Shown piece after piece: positions 1 to 7,861 of a stretch of 23,833 nt of DNA. Location of the stretch: assembly GCA_964615185.1 (NCBI GenBank), contig CAZTOS010000032.1, positions 1-23,833 of the forward strand. The letters are read 5' to 3'. Below the pieces are notes generated by a model. The model saw only the letters and a list, made by a program, of their open reading frames with translations, did no database searches and was not told the DNA's origin. The stretch comes from an uncultured Thermococci archaeon. Its GTDB lineage: Archaea; Methanobacteriota_B; Thermococci; Thermococcales; Thermococcaceae. Each line of letters starts with the position of its first letter. Position 1 is the first letter of the stretch. The position numbers and the translations under genes were made by a program.

Positions 1-253
1 ACCTCCTGTACCACTTGTCATCATAGAAGTACTTCCCATGTGCTTGGGCATAGGCATCCATGACTCTTCTCCTAACTGCAAATGCATAAACTGCCGCAAC
101 TATCAGCATCAGTCCCCCAATTTCCCAGCTGTATCTCCTGAGGAAGTATAGGTAGCCGAGTATTGGTATTCCAACAACCACCACTATCACGAGTGCCATC
201 AATCCAAGAAGCAACTTATACCCATACCTCTCCATAAATAGGGCAAAATCCAT
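1..253 (-). CDS. Small membrane protein, runs off window edge
   Basis: Manual translation: MDFALFMERYGYKLLLGLMALVIVVVVGIPILGYLYFLRRYSWEIGGLMLIVAAVYAFAVRRRVMDAYAQAHGKYFYDDKWYRR. Two hydrophobic segments; GGTGGTG RBS upstream of ATG 253 (alternative ATG 265). Not in the ORF track because the stop is outside the window. Confidence 0.8.
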   Translation of the reverse strand, partial: MDFALFMERYGYKLLLGLMALVIVVVVGIPILGYLYFLRRYSWEIGGLMLIVAAVYAFAVRRRVMDAYAQAHGKYFYDDKWYRR

Positions 254-360
254 AAACACCACCATGGTAAATTCTTTATTAAAGTTTAAAAGTTTTTCAT
301 TTATCTCAGTTGCCGAGCATCTTAAATATCCCTGCGGCTATTAATTAGAGGGGCTTAAAA

Positions 361-648
361 ATGAGAATTAGAGAGCTCTTGGAACTTGTTGACGAGGCAA
401 TAGCAAATGTCAAAGTTGCGATAGTTGTTAACAAACAGAGAATCTTTGAAAGCCCACATACGAGTTGGGAATTTACACAGCGCTCTTTAGAGTTACAGAA
501 TGAGCTTGATAAACTTAATAAGATAAAAGACTACCTTATAAAACTCGATCCGAATGAAGAAGCTGAGAAAAGATTTTCAAAAGAAGAGTTTGAAGAACTT
601 TTAAAATATCTTACAATGCTGAGGGAGATGAAGGAACATGAATTTTAA
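361..648 (+). CDS. Hypothetical helical protein (95 aa)
   Basis: GAGGGG RBS, TATA-like CTTAAATA at 321-328, host-like codon usage, overlaps the start of the next gene. Confidence 0.8.
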   Translation: MRIRELLELVDEAIANVKVAIVVNKQRIFESPHTSWEFTQRSLELQNELDKLNKIKDYLIKLDPNEEAEKRFSKEEFEELLKYLTMLREMKEHEF

Positions 649-1387
649 AGAGCTTGAGGAAAGAGCGGTTAAGTTTCGAGATGAAAGACTGTGGAAGAAA
701 TACCACACCCCGAAAAACCTCGCTATTTCAATAGCCGTAGAGGTGGGAGAGCTTTTAGAGCATTTCCAGTGGGACACAAACGAAGAAATTCTTGAGAAAG
801 TTAAAAATCCAAAGATTAAAGAAGAGCTTGGAGATGAAATTGCCGATGTAATAATCTACCTCACGCTTTTGGTTCATGAGCTCGGCATTGACTTGGATGA
901 AGCTGTTGAGAGGAAGCTAAGGAAAAATGAGGAAAAGTATCCAGCAAAGGAGATAAGACTTCAAGAAATCGTTGAAGAACTTGGAGGGGAAATAATTGAA
1001 GTTGGAAAAGAAGTTAGGAGCGTTAAACAGGTTACAAAGCTCTTAGGAGTCAAGCCAGAGCAAGTTGTTAAATCTTTGGTCTTTATTACTGAAAAAGAAC
1101 CGATTTTGGTTATAGTTGATGGAAAGTCTAAAGCCAGCTTAGAGAAGCTCGCAAAGCGCTTTGGGAAAGTTAGAATGGCAAATAAAGAAGAGGTCGAGAG
1201 AATTACAGGATACAAAGTTGGAGAAATCCCACCAGTCGGGATTTCAATTAGAACTATAATTGACAAGAAAGTTCTTGAAAAAGATGTCGTAATAGCTGGC
1301 GGCGGAAGAATTGACCGCTTAATAAAGATAAAGCCAGAGAAAATTCTTGAATTTCAGAAGGCTGAAGTTCTGGATATTGCAGAATAA
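638..1387 (+). CDS. MazG-like (dCTP pyrophosphatase-type) nucleotide pyrophosphohydrolase fused to a YbaK/aminoacyl-tRNA deacylase domain
   Basis: N-terminal FRDERLWKKYHTPKNLAISIAVEVGELLEHFQW...ELGDEIADV...KNEEKYP (all-alpha NTP-PPase ExxE/ExxD motifs). C-terminal QVVKSLVF...ITGYKVGEIPPVG...IAGGG (YbaK-like). Confidence 0.88.
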   Translation: MNFKELEERAVKFRDERLWKKYHTPKNLAISIAVEVGELLEHFQWDTNEEILEKVKNPKIKEELGDEIADVIIYLTLLVHELGIDLDEAVERKLRKNEEKYPAKEIRLQEIVEELGGEIIEVGKEVRSVKQVTKLLGVKPEQVVKSLVFITEKEPILVIVDGKSKASLEKLAKRFGKVRMANKEEVERITGYKVGEIPPVGISIRTIIDKKVLEKDVVIAGGGRIDRLIKIKPEKILEFQKAEVLDIAE

Positions 1388-1396
1388 AAATCGCAG

Positions 1397-1846
1397 TTAA
1401 AGGGCAAAAGCCCGCCTTAGCTTTTCAATTTCCTCTTCCCTCATTCTGTTCCTAATCCAGCGTTCCTTTAGCTCTAAGTTCTCATCTTCAATATCAAGGA
1501 CAGCCTTTCTGACACCTCCTCTCGGAAAGTTCGTATCCCCCTCATATCTTGGAATTACATGAATGTGAAGATGGGGAACAGTCTGCCCAGCGGCTTTTCC
1601 TAAATTTATGCCAACATTAAAGCCATCTGGATTTAAAGTCTGCTTTAGCTTTCCTATTGCAAGTTCAATTCCTCTAAGCAGGGCAACTTTTTCCTCAAAG
1701 CTCAGTTCTTCCCATTTTTCTACATGTCTCCTCGGCACAACTAAGAGATGACCTCTATTAGCTGGATAAGAGTCAATGAGGATTCTGATTAGGTTATCCT
1801 CATAAAGCAGCACTTCTGGATTTGCATTGCAGAAAGGGCACTTCAT
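1397..1846 (-). CDS. HIT family nucleotide hydrolase
   Basis: N-terminal CPFC, GHLLVVPRRH, AAGQTVPHLHIHVIPR histidine triad; GGAGGTG RBS. Confidence 0.95.
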   Translation of the reverse strand: MKCPFCNANPEVLLYEDNLIRILIDSYPANRGHLLVVPRRHVEKWEELSFEEKVALLRGIELAIGKLKQTLNPDGFNVGINLGKAAGQTVPHLHIHVIPRYEGDTNFPRGGVRKAVLDIEDENLELKERWIRNRMREEEIEKLRRAFAL

Positions 1847-1910
1847 TTAACACACCTCCAATTATAGAGTGGGAAGAACTAAAAAGTTATAGGGGTGAGG
1901 ACTTGATGCC

Positions 1911-3281
1911 TCATTTTATGAAGCTTATTGCCTTGTCTATGTCATTTTTATAAGCCCTGAGATATCTCTTACATGCGTTCTCCCATGTAAAGACTTCCTT
2001 TGCTCTCCTCTTCCCATTAACCCTCATTTTCTTCAGCAGCTCTGGGTTTTCTTCTCTAAGCTTTGCCATCCTGAGCATTGCCTGAGCCAAAGCAAAGGCA
2101 TCCCTTGGTGGAACTAACAGACCACTCGCATTTTCCTCATCCTCATCCAAGCTCACTATAGTATCCTTAATGCCCCCAACCGCTGAACCTATTGGGATTG
2201 CTCCCAAACACATTGCTTCCATCTGCACAAGACCAAAGGGTTCAAAGTATGAGGGAACTACAACAAAATCCACACTGCCATAGAGTTCTCTCGTAAATTC
2301 TCTTTTAAGCATCTTAGTGATAACCTTCACATTGTTTGGATATTTGCTCTCCAGTGTATGAGCCCACTTCTCAAGCTCTGGATCACCTTTTCCAATGATG
2401 ATAAACCTCATCTTTGAGAACTCTTGGAGATAACTTTCAGCTAAAATTTCGATAGCCCTTAAAAGGGTATCTACCCCCTTCTGTGCCTTATCAAATCTAC
2501 CTATGAACATAAAAGCAATTCCATCGCTTAAGCCTAAGCTTTCAAGTATCTTTTTCCTTCTCTCTTCTCTTGGCAAATCCTTGTTTTCCAAAAATTCTTC
2601 GTTCCAGAAGTCACAGGCTATGCCATTGAAGACATGAGTAACTTTGCCCTCAAACATGCCAAAGAACGTCCATTCCTCCCAAAGATAACTTTTGCTAACT
2701 GTTGTAACAAGATCAGCGATATAGCAGAGCGTGTGTTCTGGATCTATGTCTGGATAAGGAGCTAATTCTCCCAAGTTAGCCATGTGGAAATAATATGCTG
2801 GAACTTTGGATTTATTCAAGCGATGAATAGTCGCAACAAGGGGTATTTGGAAGTACTTTCTCAGAAGACCAGCAGCAAAGACAGTATGCCAGTCATGGGC
2901 ATGAATAACCTCTGGCTTTCCTTCTCTTTCTATAATTTTGTTCAGCAGTCCAACACTTGCTTTTCCAAAGTGAACAGCTTTGCTTAGCATCCCATCCCAT
3001 CCAGGTCCATAGACATCAGAGTTGTCTAAAAGGGGATCGCTAATTGAAAATACCCTAACTCCATTTTGTTTTCTCTCATAAACCTTGACATCCCACACAT
3101 GGCCTGAGACATCTATTTTGAAGCTTGTGTACTCTTTTCCCTCTTTGAAGCCATGTGAAGGAGTGAAAACAATAACCTCATTGCCAAGTTCTGCTAAGGT
3201 TTCAGCTATGCTGGTTATTGCTTCAGCAAGTCCGCCAACTTTCACTGGTAGATACTCAAATCCAAGCATTAATATCCTCAT
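1911..3281 (-). CDS. glgA: Glycogen synthase (GT5)
   Basis: PVKVGGLAE (KxGGL), HAHDWH, PSYFEPFGLVQMEAM, AVGGIKDT motifs. Confidence 0.93.
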   Translation of the reverse strand: MRILMLGFEYLPVKVGGLAEAITSIAETLAELGNEVIVFTPSHGFKEGKEYTSFKIDVSGHVWDVKVYERKQNGVRVFSISDPLLDNSDVYGPGWDGMLSKAVHFGKASVGLLNKIIEREGKPEVIHAHDWHTVFAAGLLRKYFQIPLVATIHRLNKSKVPAYYFHMANLGELAPYPDIDPEHTLCYIADLVTTVSKSYLWEEWTFFGMFEGKVTHVFNGIACDFWNEEFLENKDLPREERRKKILESLGLSDGIAFMFIGRFDKAQKGVDTLLRAIEILAESYLQEFSKMRFIIIGKGDPELEKWAHTLESKYPNNVKVITKMLKREFTRELYGSVDFVVVPSYFEPFGLVQMEAMCLGAIPIGSAVGGIKDTIVSLDEDEENASGLLVPPRDAFALAQAMLRMAKLREENPELLKKMRVNGKRRAKEVFTWENACKRYLRAYKNDIDKAISFIK

Positions 3282-3297
3282 TTTTCCTGCACCTCGT

Positions 3298-4320
3298 TTA
3301 ATCTAATAATATGAATTTCTCCCCTTCAACATCTTCGAAGTAACTGCCAAGTCCTCCAACTTTCCACTTTTTATTCCCATCATCAACAATCACACTTGCT
3401 ATGAGTGGGGTGTATTCAAATCCCACAACCTTGCCTCTTAATGTTACAGCCTCTTTGTTCTCGACGAGCTTCCCAAGTACTTCAATTGTCCGGGGAAGGT
3501 CTATCTGCCTAAGCAGGGTAATTAATGTTCTGATATTCACAAGCCGAAGGGGTCTTTGCAGTTTTTCATAATTTATGGGCTTAACTATCGTGCTGTTGTC
3601 AAGGTAAATCGTGTAGAACCAGTGCATATAATTTTGAATCAGCTTTGCTGATTTTGCCCAAAATGAGTAGAATTTTTCTCTTCTTTTGTCCTTTGGAAGC
3701 GCTCCAAAGAACAGTGCACAGTCAGTGTCACTTATGATCCAGCTTGCCATGAGCCAGGGTGCACCCCCGCTTCTTGCAAGGACAATATTATCCTTTTTGA
3801 GCCACTCTGGAACCTCTTTAAAATTGCTGATTATTACAAAAATAATATCTTTCCTCTTTTTGATTTCCTCTCTAAGCAGTGAGAGGAACTCAAAGGGCGT
3901 GTTTATCAAAACTTCATATTTTGCAGTCCTTATAATATATTCAGCCCTCTCAAGGGTGTTATCAAATCCGTGAATTGTCCATATCTCGGGCATTCCCTCG
4001 CCATGAACAGATTTATACAGTTCCAAAAAGGCTTTCTTGAGATCGTCGATGTCCGCTATCAGATCTTCTTTTATTTTTTCAAGAACGACTTCTGGGTTCA
4101 CTGGTTTGTATAAACGGGGAGTGCCGTGCATTATATCAACAAATCCCTTTCTATGAAGGGAACTTAAGACATCATAAACCCTTGTATGTGGGATACCACT
4201 TTCCTTTGTTATATCTGTTGCCTTGCTCGGACCAAGCTTAAGGAGTGTTATATATGCCAAGCTTTCATACTTTGTCAAGCCAAATTTCTGGAGCTTTTCA
4301 ATTATCTCTTCTTCCTTCAT
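3298..4320 (-). CDS. trmBL1: TrmB-family global regulator Tgr/TrmBL1
   Basis: FGLTKYESLAYITLL...SGIPHTRVYDVLSSL wHTH plus a C-terminal sugar-binding domain (VGGLGSYFEDVEG). Start moved to ATG 4320 (GGGGG RBS). Next to glgA, with a TGM-like site upstream. Confidence 0.9.
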   Translation of the reverse strand: MKEEEIIEKLQKFGLTKYESLAYITLLKLGPSKATDITKESGIPHTRVYDVLSSLHRKGFVDIMHGTPRLYKPVNPEVVLEKIKEDLIADIDDLKKAFLELYKSVHGEGMPEIWTIHGFDNTLERAEYIIRTAKYEVLINTPFEFLSLLREEIKKRKDIIFVIISNFKEVPEWLKKDNIVLARSGGAPWLMASWIISDTDCALFFGALPKDKRREKFYSFWAKSAKLIQNYMHWFYTIYLDNSTIVKPINYEKLQRPLRLVNIRTLITLLRQIDLPRTIEVLGKLVENKEAVTLRGKVVGFEYTPLIASVIVDDGNKKWKVGGLGSYFEDVEGEKFILLD

Positions 4321-4361
4321 TTTTGAACCCCCAATTTTTAAGTTTTCACTGAACAAAGTTT

Positions 4362-4378
4362 AATCATTATCAGTGATA
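4362..4378. promoter_or_regulatory. TGM (Thermococcales glycolytic motif) operator at the tgr promoter
   Basis: AATCAT-TATCA-GTGATA against consensus TATCAC-N5-GTGATA (10/12 match). Lies downstream of the minus-strand BRE/TATA CGAAAACCTTAATA (plus 4395-4408), over the expected start site. Confidence 0.75.
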
Positions 4379-4426
4379 TATGCAGTTGGTCATGTATTAA
4401 GGTTTTCGATATTATTAAGAAATATT

Positions 4427-4522
4427 ATGAAAGTCCAAAAACAAACCAAAACCAGGGTTTGCGGACCAGCACTAATCATTGGCCTTGCATTATTACCAGG
4501 GCTGCTGAAGAAAAGAAAATGA
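4427..4522 (+). pseudogene. Orphan CGP-CTERM C-terminal sorting signal (remnant of a surface protein)
   Basis: Reads MKVQKQTKTRVCGPALIIGLALLPGLLKKRK*: Cys-Gly-Pro at 4460, TM helix, basic tail, stop, then a T/pyrimidine-rich terminator-like tract. Confidence 0.8.
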
Positions 4523-4690
4523 CACTTTTTCCTTCCATTCTTTCTCTCTACCATGTATGAGAAGTTTGCAGAATACCTTGCACAAAAAGTCAAACAAATA
4601 TGAAAAGCCGAAATTTGCATTATATCATGGCACAATCTTTTTAATGCTTGGGCTCATGTGGGTTATGGGAAGAAAACGTTTGTGAAGTAG

Positions 4691-4922
4691 GCTTTTTTCG
4701 TTGCAGTTTTAGGCGAAGTTTCAGATTCGGAAGCGTGTCTCCAGAGTATCTATAAAGTTCTCCGACCATCAGGTCTTCTATCCATCACAGAACAGCCGGG
4801 AGACCCCGACTTTTTACCTTTTACCAGTTGTCCGCTCTTTGGCTGAAAAGCAAGGCTTTGACTTCGTCGAGAGCTACGGTAAGAAAAAGAATTACACTGT
4901 CAACTTCAAAAAGCCTCTCTAA
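4691..4922 (+). pseudogene. Class I SAM-dependent methyltransferase C-terminal fragment, frameshifted
   Basis: AFFVAVLGEVSDSEACLQSIYKVLRPSGLLSITEQPGDPDFLP, extra T near 4820, then LPVVRSLAEKQGFDFVESYGKKKNYTVNFKKPL*. Contains a VLRPxG motif III; in-frame TAG immediately upstream (4688-4690). Confidence 0.75.
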
Positions 4923-4975
4923 ATGGTGGATATAAAGAACCAAAAAATTTTAAATCCCTTTTCATACCTTCCACC

Positions 4976-5383
4976 ATGCCCATTGAAGACTTTGCCTATT
5001 ACCTAAAAGAGAGGATAAATGGAAGGATTGCTGAAATTGGGGTGGGATTCAACTTTAAGGTGGCATTAAAGCTGAAAGAGCTTGGGCTGGATGTTTTTGT
5101 AGTGGACTGGAATTCTAAGGCTGTTGAAAAGGCCCGAGAGCTCGGTCTTAAGGCCTATGTGGATGATGTCTTTAAGCCTAATCTAAGCCTCTACAGTGAA
5201 GTTAGTGCCATATATTCCGTCAGGCCTACGCCGGAGATCGTAAAGCCTATTTTAGAACTTGGAAGAAAGCTCCACGTCCCAGTTTACATACTCCCCTTTT
5301 CTCTCGACGAGATGCCAAAAGAAATGAAGCTTGAAAATTACAAGGGGATGGCAATTTACAAGTGGAATACTAAAGATATATAA
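4976..5383 (+). CDS. UPF0146 family protein
   Basis: IAEIGVG, VDDVFKPNLSLY, AIYSVRPTPE signature. TATA TTTTAAAT at 4948-4955 with no RBS, so probably leaderless. Confidence 0.9.
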   Translation: MPIEDFAYYLKERINGRIAEIGVGFNFKVALKLKELGLDVFVVDWNSKAVEKARELGLKAYVDDVFKPNLSLYSEVSAIYSVRPTPEIVKPILELGRKLHVPVYILPFSLDEMPKEMKLENYKGMAIYKWNTKDI

Positions 5384-5413
5384 AGCAAAGCCATACATTA
5401 ACTTGGTGGTGTT

Positions 5414-6772
5414 ATGAAACTTTTTGGAACAGCCGGAATTAGGGGTCCTATCGATTCTAAGGTAACTCCAGAACTGGCATTAAATGTTGGAAAAGCCTTA
5501 GGAACGTACATTAACTCTGGAAAAGTCACAATTGCAAGAGATGCAAGAACTTCAAGTATAATGCTGGAAAATGCCCTCATAAGCGGACTGCTGAGCACAG
5601 GATGCGATGTCATAGAACTCGGTTTAATCCCAACCCCAATGCTTGCATGGGCAACTAACAAGCTGGGTGATGCAGGGGTCATGATAACAGCCTCACATAA
5701 TCCGCCAACAGACAACGGAATCAAGGTATTTAATGAAAATGGTGTTGAATTCTATCTGGAACAGGAGAGAGAACTTGAAAGAATAATCTTTTCAAAAAGT
5801 TACAAGAGGGCAAAATGGTATGAAATCGGGAAAATCAAAAGGCTGGATTTAAAAGAAAGGTACATAAGTACAGTGCTAAAATTTGTGAATCATGAAACAA
5901 ATCTCACGGTTCTGTATGATGGGGCAAATGGTGCTGGCAGCGTAATAGCTCCATATCTTCTTAGAGAGATGGGGGCAAAGGTGATCTCAGTTAATGCTCA
6001 TTTAGATGGACACTTTCCAGGTAGAAAACCAGAACCGAGATATGAAAATATAGCATATCTTGGAGATCTTGTTAGACAACTAAGTGTGGATTTGGCAATA
6101 GCTCAAGACGGCGATGCTGATAGAATAGCAGTTTTTGATGAGAAAGGGAATTATATCCCAGAAGATACCTTGATTGCCCTTTTTGCCAAGCTCTATGTAG
6201 AAGAAAACAAAGGTGGAGTCGTTGTTACCTCAATAAACACAAGCTTTAGAATTGATAAGGTTGTTCAAGATGCAGGTGGAAAGGTTTACCGTGTACCTTT
6301 AGGCCAGCTCCACGATGGTATAAAGAAATATCATGCAATTTTTGCTGCCGAGCCTTGGAAGTTCATTCATCCAAAATTTGGAATGTGGATTGATAGTTTT
6401 GTAACAATGGGGCTTTTGATTAAGCTAATTGACGAAGAAGGAAAGCCTCTGTCAGAAATAGTCAAAAAAATACCCCAATATCCCCTGATAAAGAAGAATG
6501 TTAAATGCCCAGATGAATTGAAACCAAAAGTCATGGAAACTGTAAAAAACGAGCTCGAAAGAAAGCTAAAGAATGAAATTAAAGAGACTCTCACAATCTC
6601 CGGAATAAGGCTCAACCTCAACGATGACTCATGGGTTTTAGTAAGACCTTCAGGAACAGAGCCAAAGATTAGAGTTGTTGTTGAAGGTCAGACAGAAAAA
6701 AGAATGAAAGAACTCTTTGAATTAGCTTACAGTGTGGTCTCAAAGGCTGTCGAAAGTCTCAAATCCACCTAG
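5414..6772 (+). CDS. deoB: Alpha-D-phosphohexomutase superfamily enzyme, Thermococcales phosphopentomutase type
   Basis: LFGTAGIRG, TASHNP (catalytic Ser), DGDADR metal loop, RPSGTEP. Sugar loop reads AAEPWK rather than GEES, as I recall for the T. kodakarensis phosphopentomutase. Confidence 0.82.
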   Translation: MKLFGTAGIRGPIDSKVTPELALNVGKALGTYINSGKVTIARDARTSSIMLENALISGLLSTGCDVIELGLIPTPMLAWATNKLGDAGVMITASHNPPTDNGIKVFNENGVEFYLEQERELERIIFSKSYKRAKWYEIGKIKRLDLKERYISTVLKFVNHETNLTVLYDGANGAGSVIAPYLLREMGAKVISVNAHLDGHFPGRKPEPRYENIAYLGDLVRQLSVDLAIAQDGDADRIAVFDEKGNYIPEDTLIALFAKLYVEENKGGVVVTSINTSFRIDKVVQDAGGKVYRVPLGQLHDGIKKYHAIFAAEPWKFIHPKFGMWIDSFVTMGLLIKLIDEEGKPLSEIVKKIPQYPLIKKNVKCPDELKPKVMETVKNELERKLKNEIKETLTISGIRLNLNDDSWVLVRPSGTEPKIRVVVEGQTEKRMKELFELAYSVVSKAVESLKST

Positions 6773-7571
6773 CTGGCCTTAACGTTTTTAATCTTATCTC
6801 TTTTCCAATTGTAACTCTGAATCCTTCTTTTGCTACCAGAGTTTTTACCCCAGTAACATTCTCAATAAACTTTGCCTCCTTATATGGATTTGCAAAGTGC
6901 ATTTTCATGCCTATGTGGTTCATAACCAGCAGTTCTGGCTTTTCTTTCATTTCCTTTAGCATATAAACTACATCTTCGGTACATAGATGATATGGAATTC
7001 TCATATCCTTTGGTCGAGTTATAGCGGCTATCATGACTCTTGCGCCCTCATGCCACTTTTTAAGATCGTCAAAATACTGAGTATCGGGGATATAGGAGAT
7101 ATCGCCATATCTGGTCTTAAGTCGGAAACCGATAGTTGTGGGATCTGCATGCATCGCAGGTGTTATTATCATCTCTTCTTCCCCAAGAATGAACTTATCC
7201 CCCGGATTTGGAGTGTGAATTTCTTCCAATGAATCAAGATGATACTTTGAAACTGCAGGAGTATGGTCTTCATCTCCATGAACGACACTTTTAGAGGCTA
7301 TTAAAATTCCCCTTTTTTTCGTAACGCCCATAGTTATGCCCTCAAGCATAACTTCCACATCATTGCAATGGTCAGTGTGTCTGTGAGATACAAAGAGAAC
7401 ATCAATTCGTCTTGGATCGATTTTGTATCGCCAAGCCCTTACAAGCGCCCCTGGTCCAGGGTCAACGTAAATTTTTTTGCTCGCTTTTATGAAGAATCCC
7501 CCAGTAGAACGAGTCTGCGTTATTGTTATGAATCTGCCTCCACCGCTGCCCAGAAAGATTATCTCTATCAT
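6759..7571 (-). CDS. MBL-fold metallo-hydrolase
   Basis: FLGSGGG, VDPGPG, SHRHTDH (HxHxDH), IPDT, NHIG motifs. Start at ATG 7571 with GGGGGG RBS (track start 7586). Confidence 0.9.
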   Translation of the reverse strand: MIEIIFLGSGGGRFITITQTRSTGGFFIKASKKIYVDPGPGALVRAWRYKIDPRRIDVLFVSHRHTDHCNDVEVMLEGITMGVTKKRGILIASKSVVHGDEDHTPAVSKYHLDSLEEIHTPNPGDKFILGEEEMIITPAMHADPTTIGFRLKTRYGDISYIPDTQYFDDLKKWHEGARVMIAAITRPKDMRIPYHLCTEDVVYMLKEMKEKPELLVMNHIGMKMHFANPYKEAKFIENVTGVKTLVAKEGFRVTIGKEIRLKTLRPARWI

Positions 7572-7861
7572 GTAGTTACCCCCCATTCTTTTTTCAGATG
7601 TTAAAATTTTACACAGAGCAGTATATAAGACATTTGGCTACCCGAACAAAATGTATAACGTACACTCCTGTTCAACAAAATTTATGAAGCATATTTCATG
7701 TTCCTGCATGTATGCTATAGTTAATTATTGTAATTTTTTGTTATATTTTATATAAATTAATGTATTATTATTTAACATAATTCGTCAATGAATAGCCAAA
7801 AGTGTTTTATATTTGTGAAAGATTTTTGATAATGTAACCAACATTGTGGGGGTGAAATTAG

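Noticed and set aside
361..1846. MazG/HIT cluster as an antiviral defence island
   Set aside because: Host-like codon usage, housekeeping context, and no neighbouring defence or mobile genes.
4390..4635. 81-aa minus-strand ORF upstream of tgr
   Set aside because: It is the antisense reading of the CGP-CTERM remnant and runs into the tgr promoter; no recognisable motif.
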